DNA of 64,000 bases, taken from an uncultured Clostridia bacterium (GTDB lineage Bacteria; Bacillota; Clostridia; TANB77; CAG-508). The stretch is taken from positions 23,050 through 87,049 of the forward strand of contig CAKPIG010000004.1 of NCBI GenBank assembly GCA_934162255.1. The letters are read 5' to 3'. The translations under genes and the position numbers were made by a program. Shown in pieces: positions 11,722 through 22,889 of this stretch (positions within the stretch are counted from its first letter, which is position 1; each line of letters begins with the position of its first letter). The notes under the pieces were generated by a model. The model ran no database searches, was not told the origin of the DNA, and saw nothing but the letters and a program-made list of their open reading frames with translations.

Positions 11722-12393
11722 ATGAATAGTAAATATAGTAATTTATTAACAGTTTTATTAGTACTAGTTATAATAGCAATAGTAGGAATAATATCATTCC
11801 TAGGATTCAAAATGTATCAGAGTAATAAACTAAAAGATACAGCTGAAGATTTTGTAGATTCATTTATAAGTGATGAAAATAAAGATGACAACAACAATAA
11901 TACTGATGATGAAATATCAAATGATATATTTGATGGAATAGAAAATGGTTCAACTAATAATGGAAGTTCTTCAGGAAAAGTAAAAAAATTTAATGGGTAT
12001 ACAATAGCAGGAACAATAGAAATACCTTCTACAAAAATAAAATTACCAATAATTGCACAATCTGATTATTCTAAAACAGCATTAGAAACGTCTGTATGCG
12101 AATATCCAGGAGTAGGATTAAATCAAGTAGGAAATAGCACAATAGCAGGACATAATTATAGAAATGGGAAATTTTTCTCAAACAATAAAAAATTAAATAT
12201 TGGAGATAAAATTTATATAACAGATTTAACAGGAAAAAGAGTAGCATATACAATATATAATAAATATGAAACTACCGAAAATGATGCAGAATATATGTAT
12301 AGAGACACTCAAGGTGCAGTAGAAGTATCTTTAACAACATGTACAGATGACAGTAAAGCAAGATTAGTAATTTGGGCAAAAGCAGATTCATAA
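11722..12393 (+). CDS. sortase family transpeptidase (class B/D-like), membrane-anchored
   Basis: N-terminal TM segment, then an Asn/Asp-rich linker. Catalytic His in IAGHNY, the TLxTC-type motif SLTTC and a downstream Arg (KARLVIWA). Confidence 0.85.
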   Translation: MNSKYSNLLTVLLVLVIIAIVGIISFLGFKMYQSNKLKDTAEDFVDSFISDENKDDNNNNTDDEISNDIFDGIENGSTNNGSSSGKVKKFNGYTIAGTIEIPSTKIKLPIIAQSDYSKTALETSVCEYPGVGLNQVGNSTIAGHNYRNGKFFSNNKKLNIGDKIYITDLTGKRVAYTIYNKYETTENDAEYMYRDTQGAVEVSLTTCTDDSKARLVIWAKADS

Positions 12394-12446
12394 AAGATAA
12401 AAACACCCCATAATGAGAAATCTCATCATGGGGTGAAATTGTATAA

Positions 12447-14459
<2,013 letters not shown>

Positions 14460-14469
14460 GGAGAAAAAT

Positions 14470-15192
14470 ATGGGAGCAGAAGAAAAGATTGAAGAATTAA
14501 AAAAAGACATAGGAAGAAGTATAGAAAATTGCAAAAGCACAGAGCAAATAGTGAGTGTAGTAAATAATTCATTTGAAAAACTTGAAAGATTTCTAATGGA
14601 AATTAATAATATATCAAGTATAAGTAGTATGATTGATGCTAAGAAAATAGAGATTCAACATATAATAGAAGAAAGAGAAAATAATAAAAGCGATAATAGA
14701 AAAAGAAATACAAACAGTGAATTAGATAATGTGGATATAAACAATGAAAATAGCAAAGAATATACAAGAACACAGATAGTAAATATCCTATCTGAAGAAG
14801 ATAATTCTAGAGAAACAGCTAATTTAGAAGGCCTTATAGATTCTGAAATGACAGATGTTTTAAATAAATCAATGGAACCATTGTTAAATATTAGAATGAT
14901 GATGGAAATAGGAGAAAGAGGATTAAGAAGCGGAAACGATTTAATTAGAAAATTATCAAGAGACGATGCAATGGAAATATATCAAATATTACAACATTCT
15001 GATGAAAAAGTAGTAGATAGGGTATTAGAAAAATACGATGAAGCAGTAGGAATAGATCATTTTAAAATGGGATTAAAACAAGGTGTTCCAACTCAAGAAG
15101 AACAAAAAAGAAATGTTGAAGAATTTTTGCAACAAACAGATGCCAAACAAGAAAAAAGTTCAATTGAGCTAAATCCAAATTGCTTAGAATAA
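14470..15192 (+). CDS. hypothetical protein, 240 aa, acidic, soluble
   Basis: Clean ORF with a GGAGAAAA RBS. No recognisable motifs. Confidence 0.6.
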   Translation: MGAEEKIEELKKDIGRSIENCKSTEQIVSVVNNSFEKLERFLMEINNISSISSMIDAKKIEIQHIIEERENNKSDNRKRNTNSELDNVDINNENSKEYTRTQIVNILSEEDNSRETANLEGLIDSEMTDVLNKSMEPLLNIRMMMEIGERGLRSGNDLIRKLSRDDAMEIYQILQHSDEKVVDRVLEKYDEAVGIDHFKMGLKQGVPTQEEQKRNVEEFLQQTDAKQEKSSIELNPNCLE

Positions 15193-15203
15193 AAGGAGAA
15201 AAT

Positions 15204-15437
15204 ATGGAAAACTATACATTTGAAGATATGTGGGTAGATTTGAAAAATGGATATCAAATATATTATACTTATGTAAGAAATAGATATGTATTATTTAAAA
15301 CAGCTAAAAACTGTTATACACAAAAATTATTATCAGATGACCCTAAAAATCCACAACCAAAGATGACAATGCTAACATTAAAAAGGGTAAAAGAGATATT
15401 CCCACACATGGAGGAAATTGAATATAAAATAATGTAG
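15204..15437 (+). CDS. hypothetical small protein, about 78 aa
   Basis: ATG at 15204 preceded by AAGGAGAAAAT. It sits 12 nt after the previous stop, so the two may be translationally coupled. Confidence 0.55.
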   Translation: MENYTFEDMWVDLKNGYQIYYTYVRNRYVLFKTAKNCYTQKLLSDDPKNPQPKMTMLTLKRVKEIFPHMEEIEYKIM

Positions 15438-15453
15438 CAAGGAGAAATACCAA

Positions 15454-16305
15454 ATGGAGATAATTGATGGAAAAAAAGTTGCGAGTAAAATAAGAGAAAA
15501 TTTAAAATATGAATGTGAAAATTTAAAAAAACAGGGAATACAACCAAAACTTGCAGTAATCATGGTAGGAGAAAATAAAGCATCACAAATATATGTAAGA
15601 AATAAAAGTAAAGCATGTGAAGAAATAGGAATAGAATTTGAAGAATTTTTATTAGATGAAAAAATAAAACAAGAAGAATTAATAGATTTAATAAAAAAAT
15701 TAAATGAAGATGAAAAAACACATGGAATACTCTTACAAAGTCCAATTCCATCACATTTAGATATAAATGAGGCAATACAAACTATATTACCAGAAAAAGA
15801 CGTTGATGGATTTAATCCAGTAAATGTAGGAAAATTAACATTAAATCAAAACACATTTGTATCATGTACTCCATATGGAATAATGAAATTATTTGAAGAA
15901 TATAAAATAGAATTAGAGGGGAAAAATATAGTAATAGTAGGGAGAAGCAATATTGTAGGAAAACCACTAATTCAATGTTGTTTAAACAAAAATGCAACAG
16001 TAACAATATGTCATTCAAAAACTAAAAATTTAAAACAATTTACACAAAATGCGGATATATTAATTGTTGCAATAGGAAAATCTAAATTTATAACTGAAGA
16101 TATGATAAAAAAAGATGCAGTTGTAATAGATGTAGGAATTAACCGAGGGGAAGATGGAAAAATAACAGGTGATGTAGATTTCGAAAATGCAAGTAAAAAA
16201 GCAAGCTATATAACACCAGTTCCAGGAGGAGTTGGACCAATGACAATAGCTATGTTAATGAATAATGTAATAAAAGCAGTAAAAGAAAAATATGAGGGGG
16301 CTTAA
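15454..16305 (+). CDS. folD: bifunctional methylenetetrahydrofolate dehydrogenase/cyclohydrolase FolD
   Basis: 283 aa with YVRNKSKACEEIGI, the GRSNIVGKP NAD(P)-binding loop and PVPGGVGPMT. Confidence 0.95.
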   Translation: MEIIDGKKVASKIRENLKYECENLKKQGIQPKLAVIMVGENKASQIYVRNKSKACEEIGIEFEEFLLDEKIKQEELIDLIKKLNEDEKTHGILLQSPIPSHLDINEAIQTILPEKDVDGFNPVNVGKLTLNQNTFVSCTPYGIMKLFEEYKIELEGKNIVIVGRSNIVGKPLIQCCLNKNATVTICHSKTKNLKQFTQNADILIVAIGKSKFITEDMIKKDAVVIDVGINRGEDGKITGDVDFENASKKASYITPVPGGVGPMTIAMLMNNVIKAVKEKYEGA

Positions 16306-16344
16306 TGCAAATAGCATTAGGTCCTATTTTTTGAAAGGAGTAAA

Positions 16345-17004
16345 ATGGAAATACAAGAAATAAAAATAAATTCAGAAAAATATCCAGATAAATTAAAAAA
16401 TATATATGATCCACCACAAGTATTATATGCAATAGGAAATATTGAAATCCTTAATCAACAAATAATTGCAATTGTAGGAACAAGAAAGGCAACTGAATAT
16501 GGTAAAAAAACAGCATTAGAATTATCAAAACAATTATCTCAAAAAGGAGTAAATATAATAAGTGGACTTGCTATAGGAATTGATTCATATGCTCATATGG
16601 GTACTATTTTTTCTAAACAAGGAAAAACAATTGCTATATTAGGTAGTCCGATAGAAAATATTTACCCTAAACAAAATATAAAACTTGCTAGAGAAATATT
16701 AAAAAAAGGTGGCTGTATAATAACTGAATATAAAAAAGGAATTCCAATAAAAAAGAAAAACTTTCCACAAAGAAATAGAATAATAAGTGGATTATCAGAT
16801 GGAATATTAGTAGTAGAAGCAACAGAAAAAAGTGGAGCATTAATAACAGCAGAATTTGGGTTAGAACAAGGGAAAGAAATATTTGCTATTCCAGGAGATA
16901 TAAATAAAGCTCAAAGTAGAGGTTGTAATTTATTAATAAAAGATGGAGCTAAAATAGTACTTTCAGCACAAGAAATATTGGAGGAAATTGAAATAAAAAC
17001 TTGA
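16345..17004 (+). CDS. DprA-like Rossmann-domain protein: second, truncated DprA paralogue lacking the N-terminal SAM and C-terminal winged-helix domains
   Basis: 219 aa with IVGTRKATEYG, GLAIGIDSYAH and NRIISGL...TEKSGALITA, which align motif-for-motif with the dprA at 1236-2114. Confidence 0.8.
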   Translation: MEIQEIKINSEKYPDKLKNIYDPPQVLYAIGNIEILNQQIIAIVGTRKATEYGKKTALELSKQLSQKGVNIISGLAIGIDSYAHMGTIFSKQGKTIAILGSPIENIYPKQNIKLAREILKKGGCIITEYKKGIPIKKKNFPQRNRIISGLSDGILVVEATEKSGALITAEFGLEQGKEIFAIPGDINKAQSRGCNLLIKDGAKIVLSAQEILEEIEIKT

Positions 17005-17067
17005 ATTTAAATATAAATATGTGTATACTAAGTATGAGTTCATAGGCATAACTCAAAAAGCCTAAAT

Positions 17068-18888
17068 GTGAAAACAAGGAATGATATTTATATGGATAAT
17101 GAAAAAAAATTATTAGATTTAATAAAAAAGATTAAAGTAACAAAAGAAAATGAACAAGAAATTACTAAAATGAAAAAATTAGTAAAAGAAGGAAATTATA
17201 CAGAAGTACTAAAAATCTTACAAAAAATAAATGATGAGAAAAAAAATAAAACAAAAAGTACTGAAAATGAAGAAGTAAAATTTGGAGAGGAACAAGACAT
17301 TGATGAAGAAGAACTTCAATTTTATAGAAAATATAAAACAAAAAAAGTAGTAAACAAGGAAAGCTTGTATCCACCAGAACTTATAGATAATGAACTAGAA
17401 GAAGATTATATAAGCTTATTATTGAATAATCCAAAAGCAATATCAATGTACTATATATTAGCAAAAGATAACTACTTTGATAATCCAAAAGTATTAAACT
17501 TGTATAAAATTGTACTATTCACAGAGGGAGAATCTTATGCACCACAAATAGCAAAAGATGACTATAACTTCGCAAAAGAAGGACCTGAAACATATGATGA
17601 AAAGAAAATGTACAAAGAAAGAGGTAAAGATTTAAAACTTGATTTTGAAGAAGTATATACAAGATTAAGGAAATTATTTGAAATAAGAAAATACTATTTG
17701 AAAACACCTATAAAAGAAATGCAAGATGAAATTATAGACATATTAAATTATGAATTATATGATAAAATGACAATTCAAGAAGTTGACGATGCAATAGAAC
17801 AAATAACAGCAACTGCAAAATTTAAAAAGTCAGTATTAAGCAAAGGAGTAACAGATTTCTTAATCGCAGGAGATAATAACCTTACAACAGGACTATCATT
17901 ACCATTTCCTATACTAAGTAGTGTATTTAAAGGAGTTAGAAAAGGAGAAACAATGTCATATGCAATGCCATCTAACTCAGGAAAAAGTAGGTTTACAATA
18001 AATCTAGCATCATATTTAGCATTTATACACAAGAAAAAAGTATTAATAATTTCAAACGAAATGTCAGACGAAAAAATGAGACTTTGTTTAATAACAACAG
18101 CAATAAATAATAAAGAAATACAAAAACTTCATGGAAAACACTTGACTAAAACAGAAGGAGAATTGCTTGAATTCAAATTTAGACCAGACAAAGGAGTAGA
18201 TGCTGAATTAGATGAAGATGGATTTGTTTTAAAGAAAGAAAATGAAAGTCAAAAAGCATTTGCAAAAAGATTGAATGAGATATCAACAGAATTTAGAGAT
18301 ACAATAGAAGTAACAAACTGGCTAGGACGTCAAGTAAACAATTCTATATATTTTGTAAATATAACAAACCATACAAATGACGAATTGGAAAAAATTATAT
18401 TAAACTATTATTATAAAGAAAAAATAGAATATGTATTTTATGATACTTTAAAAACAGATACAGAAAATATAGGAAATGCAGAAGAATTAAAGAAAACAGC
18501 AACAATACTTTCAAACCTAGCACAAAATTTAAACATATTCATAGCATCATCATTACAATTAACAGAAAGCAAAACATCACCATTAAATCTAGATATAAAT
18601 GATTTAGCGGTTAGTAGAACTGTAAAAGAAGTATTAGATACATTGTGCTTAATAAAACAAATACATAATGAAGATTTGGATGACTACGAATACTCACATG
18701 AAGAAGTAGATACAAAATTTTATGAATTAGAAAAATTTAAAGACCCAGATGTAAGATATTATGCTTGTGTTGTAGATAAAAACAGAGCTGGTGCTAAACC
18801 AAAGGTATTATTCAGACTAAATTTAGCATATAATATGTGGGAAGAATTAGGATATCTAAGACTAAAATCAGCAGCTGAAGAGGAATAA
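17068..18888 (+). CDS. divergent DnaB-family helicase-like protein with an extra N-terminal Lys/Glu-rich extension of about 95 aa
   Basis: A DnaB N-domain-like segment (EEDYISLLLNNPKAISMYY...FDNPKVLNLYKIV). Walker A AMPSNSGKSRF (compare ARPSMGKTAF). An SQL-type motif IASSLQLTES. A C-terminal KNRAGAKPKVLFRLNLAYNMWEEL (compare KQRNG...FENL). The start is GTG 17068 or ATG 17092, with AAGGA 11 nt upstream of the latter. Confidence 0.7.
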   Translation: MKTRNDIYMDNEKKLLDLIKKIKVTKENEQEITKMKKLVKEGNYTEVLKILQKINDEKKNKTKSTENEEVKFGEEQDIDEEELQFYRKYKTKKVVNKESLYPPELIDNELEEDYISLLLNNPKAISMYYILAKDNYFDNPKVLNLYKIVLFTEGESYAPQIAKDDYNFAKEGPETYDEKKMYKERGKDLKLDFEEVYTRLRKLFEIRKYYLKTPIKEMQDEIIDILNYELYDKMTIQEVDDAIEQITATAKFKKSVLSKGVTDFLIAGDNNLTTGLSLPFPILSSVFKGVRKGETMSYAMPSNSGKSRFTINLASYLAFIHKKKVLIISNEMSDEKMRLCLITTAINNKEIQKLHGKHLTKTEGELLEFKFRPDKGVDAELDEDGFVLKKENESQKAFAKRLNEISTEFRDTIEVTNWLGRQVNNSIYFVNITNHTNDELEKIILNYYYKEKIEYVFYDTLKTDTENIGNAEELKKTATILSNLAQNLNIFIASSLQLTESKTSPLNLDINDLAVSRTVKEVLDTLCLIKQIHNEDLDDYEYSHEEVDTKFYELEKFKDPDVRYYACVVDKNRAGAKPKVLFRLNLAYNMWEELGYLRLKSAAEEE

Positions 18889-18973
18889 GAATTAATAATT
18901 GGAAAAGTTCTAATAACCCCTGACTTAGAATACAATTAAACAAAAGTATTCTAAAGTTGGGGGTTAGACTTTT

Positions 18974-19237
18974 ATGAGAAACATAACAATAGAAGAGCGT
19001 GCAACAGAACTAGCACACTATATTATAGATTCAAAAGATACAGTTAGAGGAGCAGCTAAAAAATTTGGTATAAGTAAAAGTACAGTACACAAAGATGTAA
19101 CTGAAAGACTATCAAAGATTAACTCTAACTTAGCACATGAAGTGAGAAAAATCTTAGAAGAAAATAAATCTGAAAGACATATAAGAGGAGGAATGGCAAC
19201 AAAATTAAAATATATGAAAAAGAACAATCAAAAATAA
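18974..19237 (+). CDS. spoIIID: stage III sporulation protein D (SpoIIID transcriptional regulator)
   Basis: 87 aa with ERA.ELAHYII.SKDTVRGAAKKFGISKSTVHKDVTERL...RHIRGGMATKLKY, nearly collinear with B. subtilis SpoIIID. Confidence 0.92.
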   Translation: MRNITIEERATELAHYIIDSKDTVRGAAKKFGISKSTVHKDVTERLSKINSNLAHEVRKILEENKSERHIRGGMATKLKYMKKNNQK

Positions 19238-19301
19238 ATTTCAAGAGGTATTGCAATTATTATCCAAATATAATACAATTGTATTAATTGGAGGTAGAAA
19301 A

Positions 19302-20153
19302 ATGAATGATATATTAAAAGAAGATAATGGAAAAATGAGTACAAAGCTAAAAATATTTTATGGAATAATAATAACAATTTGCATATTAGCATTAATAGGA
19401 GCGCTTGGATTACAAATAAAAGCAAACAATGATAAAAAACAAAAAGAAATGCCACAAGTTAGTCAAACAGACTACATGAAAAACCTTGAAAAATTCAACA
19501 GATTATTTGATAATGAAGTAAATTATATGAGTGACAATAACTACAAAGTAACAAAACTAGATGAAAGCAAGGAAATAATATATATTGGATATCAAAAAAT
19601 AGATAAAAAATTAAATGATTATGATTTAAATATAAATATACCATATATAAATATAAAAGATGATACTATTGAAAAATTTAATAATGAAATTCAATCAACA
19701 TTTGAAAAAAAGGCAAAAAGTGTACTGAATATAAAAAATAATGATATCATATATGAAGTAGACTATTCAGCATATATAACAAACAATATATTATCATTAG
19801 TTATAAAATCTACTCTAAAAGAGGGAAACAGCCCACAAAGAGAAATAGTTCAGACTTATAATTACAATCTGACTAGCCATAAAGAATGTACAATTCAAGA
19901 CTTATTAGAACTAAGAAATATAACAAAACAACAAGCAAATCAACAAATAAGAGAAGTAATAAAAGAAGTTGAACAAAAAGTAGAAGCTTATAACAAAATG
20001 GGATACAATATATATTCAAGAAATATAGATGATGATAAATATACAATAAATAATGTAACAGAATATTTTATAGGAGAAGATAATAAAATATATGTAATAT
20101 TTGCATATGGAAATGAAAGTAATACAACAGAAACAGATGTAGTAATAATATAA
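19302..20153 (+). CDS. membrane-anchored protein, possibly RsiV-like (DUF4163/DUF3298-type)
   Basis: GGAGGT RBS before ATG 19302, which is more likely than the ORF-track start at 19251. A single N-terminal TM segment and an extracytoplasmic domain of about 240 aa. The family assignment is tentative. Confidence 0.55.
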   Translation: MNDILKEDNGKMSTKLKIFYGIIITICILALIGALGLQIKANNDKKQKEMPQVSQTDYMKNLEKFNRLFDNEVNYMSDNNYKVTKLDESKEIIYIGYQKIDKKLNDYDLNINIPYINIKDDTIEKFNNEIQSTFEKKAKSVLNIKNNDIIYEVDYSAYITNNILSLVIKSTLKEGNSPQREIVQTYNYNLTSHKECTIQDLLELRNITKQQANQQIREVIKEVEQKVEAYNKMGYNIYSRNIDDDKYTINNVTEYFIGEDNKIYVIFAYGNESNTTETDVVII

Positions 20154-20165
20154 ATAGAATAAGTA

Positions 20166-20198
20166 AAAGAAGCTTGATATGATTTCAAGCTTCTTTTT
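20166..20198. terminator. bidirectional rho-independent terminator
   Basis: AAGAAGCTTGA tatgatt TCAAGCTTCTT flanked by A/T runs. It lies between convergent genes. Confidence 0.8.
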
Positions 20199-20314
20199 GA
20201 AAATAAAAGGGGATGTTTGTTTTTAATCAGTTCTCAATTACTGATTTATATATAATATAACAGTTAAATTTGTTCATTTTGTGAACTAATAGTGAAAAAT
20301 TCTTAAATAAATTA

Positions 20315-21571
20315 TTAAGGTGTTTCTGCAAGTGTAACTGTAATATCTTTTTCTTGTCCATTTCTATTAATTTTTAATGTCATTGAATCACCAATATTGT
20401 GAGTATTTTTCAAATCATCTAATTCTTTCATAGTAGTTATTTCTTTACCATCAGCTTTAAGAATTACATCACCTACTTGTAAACCGGCTTTTTCAGCAGG
20501 AGAGAAATCTTGAACTGCTTTAACATAAATTCCTACAGCTAAGTTATATTTTTTTGCTGTCGCTTCATCAAGAGTTATTCCTGTTATACCAATATAAGGT
20601 CTTAAAACCTTGTTATATGTTATAAGGTCTTTTGTGATACTAAGTGTAGAATTTATAGGAATAGCAAAACCAATTCCTTCAACTCCTGTACCAGAAAGTT
20701 TTAAAGTATTTATACCAATAACTTTACCATCACTATTTACAAGTGCACCACCACTATTACCAGAGTTTATAGCAGCATCTGTTTGAATACAAGTATATGT
20801 TGTACCTTCATCAGATTCGACTTCTCTATTAACAGCACTAATTATACCACAAGTAACAGTAGTATCTAATCCTAGAGGACTACCAACAGCCATAGCAAAC
20901 TCTCCAACAACAACTTCATCTGAATTAGCAAATTCAGCAGGAGTTAAACCTGATTTTTCAATTTTTAAAACAGCTAAATCAGTTTTTGAATCTTTTCCAA
21001 CAATTTTTGCATCAAAAGTAGAATCATTTCCATAAGTACCACTATTTAACTTTACTTTTATTGATGTTGCTTCTGAAATATCATAATATGAATATGAAGA
21101 TGATGAAGAACTACTATCAACAACATGATTATTTGTTAAAATATATCCATCTTCACTTATAATAATACCAGAACCAGTAGCTTGAGCTGTAGATGTAGCT
21201 GATTGACCAAAATTGAAAAATGAGTTTGATTTTACATTGTAGGTTATTTCAATACCAACAATTGATGGTAAAATCTTATTTGCTGCAAATACGGCTGTAT
21301 TTGAATAATTTGATAATGATATTAAATTTGTTGTAGTTCCAGATGCTGTAGAAGTTGGAACTGTAGATGTAGTAACTGAACTACCAACTAATTTGTTCTT
21401 TATTGAAGGAACTCCAAAACAAGTACCAATTACTAAAGAACATCCAACAACACCACTTAAAAATGGAACTAAAATTGTTTTACCTAATTCACTATGATTT
21501 TTCTTCTTTTTAAAATCTGCATTTGAAGTTTTACTAGAAATTACTTCAAATCTATTTTCATTTTCATCCAT
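20315..21571 (-). CDS. HtrA/DegP-family trypsin-like serine protease with a C-terminal PDZ domain, membrane-anchored
   Basis: Catalytic triad context TNNHVV (His), DLAVLKI (Asp) and GNSGGALVN (Ser). A PDZ-like C-terminus. An N-terminal TM segment. Confidence 0.9.
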   Translation of the reverse strand: MDENENRFEVISSKTSNADFKKKKNHSELGKTILVPFLSGVVGCSLVIGTCFGVPSIKNKLVGSSVTTSTVPTSTASGTTTNLISLSNYSNTAVFAANKILPSIVGIEITYNVKSNSFFNFGQSATSTAQATGSGIIISEDGYILTNNHVVDSSSSSSSYSYYDISEATSIKVKLNSGTYGNDSTFDAKIVGKDSKTDLAVLKIEKSGLTPAEFANSDEVVVGEFAMAVGSPLGLDTTVTCGIISAVNREVESDEGTTYTCIQTDAAINSGNSGGALVNSDGKVIGINTLKLSGTGVEGIGFAIPINSTLSITKDLITYNKVLRPYIGITGITLDEATAKKYNLAVGIYVKAVQDFSPAEKAGLQVGDVILKADGKEITTMKELDDLKNTHNIGDSMTLKINRNGQEKDITVTLAETP

Positions 21572-21732
21572 AATTTTGCCTCCTAAATATCTTATTACAG
21601 TTTATAGGATACAATAAATTTGTGAAGAATTTGTGAAAAAAATGTAAAAAACAATAAATAAATTTTAAACTTTTACTTGAAAATAAATTGTGGTATAGAT
21701 ATAATAGAATAGAATTGGAGGAGATTAGTTAT

Positions 21733-22236
21733 ATGAATAAACAAAATGGAATAACATTAATAGCATTAACGGTTACAATAGTAGTAATGATGATAATTGC
21801 AGGAATAACAATAAATATAGGACAAAATCTAATACAAGAAGCCAAAATACAGGACTTAAGAACAAATATGTTATTAATACAAGCAGAAGCAAAAAAAGAT
21901 CTTGAAGAAGTTAATTTTCAAAAAATAGCAACAATAAATGATGCTAAAGCTAAAAATCAATTAATAGGAGAACAAGTGCAGGAAATGACAGATGAGACGG
22001 CTAAGAATGCAATACAAGATGTTGTCGTAAATAAATTGAAAAAAGAGCTTGATGAAACATATTTTTATATAAATCCAGATGTATTAAATTCATTAGGAAT
22101 AAAAGACTTAAATACAGAGGATTATGGATATTTTGTAGTGCAATATAATTTAAGTGATACAAAAGTAGAAGTAATAAATACAAATGGATATCAAGGATAT
22201 TACACATTAACAGCAATAAATAATGAAAATATATAG
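21733..22236 (+). CDS. type IV pilin-like protein (class III signal peptide-like N-terminus lacking Glu5; GspK/minor-pilin-like)
   Basis: RBS GGAGGAG before ATG 21733. N-terminus MNKQNG|ITLIALTVTIVVMMIIAGI. 167 aa. The promoter has TTGAAA, a 17-nt spacer and TATAAT. Confidence 0.6.
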   Translation: MNKQNGITLIALTVTIVVMMIIAGITINIGQNLIQEAKIQDLRTNMLLIQAEAKKDLEEVNFQKIATINDAKAKNQLIGEQVQEMTDETAKNAIQDVVVNKLKKELDETYFYINPDVLNSLGIKDLNTEDYGYFVVQYNLSDTKVEVINTNGYQGYYTLTAINNENI

Positions 22237-22246
22237 AAGGAAAAAT

Positions 22247-22879
22247 ATGAAAGAAAAAGAAGAACAAAGATTAATAGAATTAAAAAAACAAGAAAAAGAG
22301 TTAAGAAATAAAGGATTTAAATATATATGTGGAATAGATGAAGCAGGAAGAGGACCATTGGCTGGTCCTGTTGTTGTTGCAAGTGTTATTATGCCAGAAA
22401 ATTCAATGATTGAAGGTGTAAATGATTCAAAAAAGATTTCAGAAAAAAAGAGAGAAAAACTTTATAATCAAATAATAGAAGAAGCTATATGCTATGGAGT
22501 TGGAATAATAGGTCAGGATGAAATTGATGAAATAAACATATTAAATGCAACAAAAAAAGGTTTAACAATGTCTTTAAAAGAATTAACAACAAAACCAGAC
22601 TTGATAATAGTTGATGCTTTAACACATATAGATACAATGGGAATTCCATATGAATCAATTATTAAAGGTGATGCAAAATGCTATTCAATAGCAGCTGCTT
22701 CAATAATTGCAAAAGTTACAAGGGATAGAATAATGAGAGAATGGGATAAAGTATATCCTGAATATGGTTTTGAAAGACATAAAGGATATGGAACTGCAGC
22801 ACATATAGCTGCAATAAAAGAATATGGACCATGTCCAATACATAGAGAAACATTTATAAAACATTTCATAAAAAAATAA
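22247..22879 (+). CDS. rnhB: ribonuclease HII
   Basis: GIDEAGRGPLAGPVV, DSK and DAL motifs. The start was chosen at 22247 after the AGGAAAAAT RBS. Confidence 0.93.
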   Translation: MKEKEEQRLIELKKQEKELRNKGFKYICGIDEAGRGPLAGPVVVASVIMPENSMIEGVNDSKKISEKKREKLYNQIIEEAICYGVGIIGQDEIDEINILNATKKGLTMSLKELTTKPDLIIVDALTHIDTMGIPYESIIKGDAKCYSIAAASIIAKVTRDRIMREWDKVYPEYGFERHKGYGTAAHIAAIKEYGPCPIHRETFIKHFIKK

Positions 22880-22889
22880 GGAGTTACAA

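Noticed and set aside
17068-18888. Prophage or integrative element inferred from a DnaB-like helicase
   Set aside because: No integrase, recombinase, att-like direct repeats, phage structural genes or compositional break were found. The flanks are the core genes folD and spoIIID.
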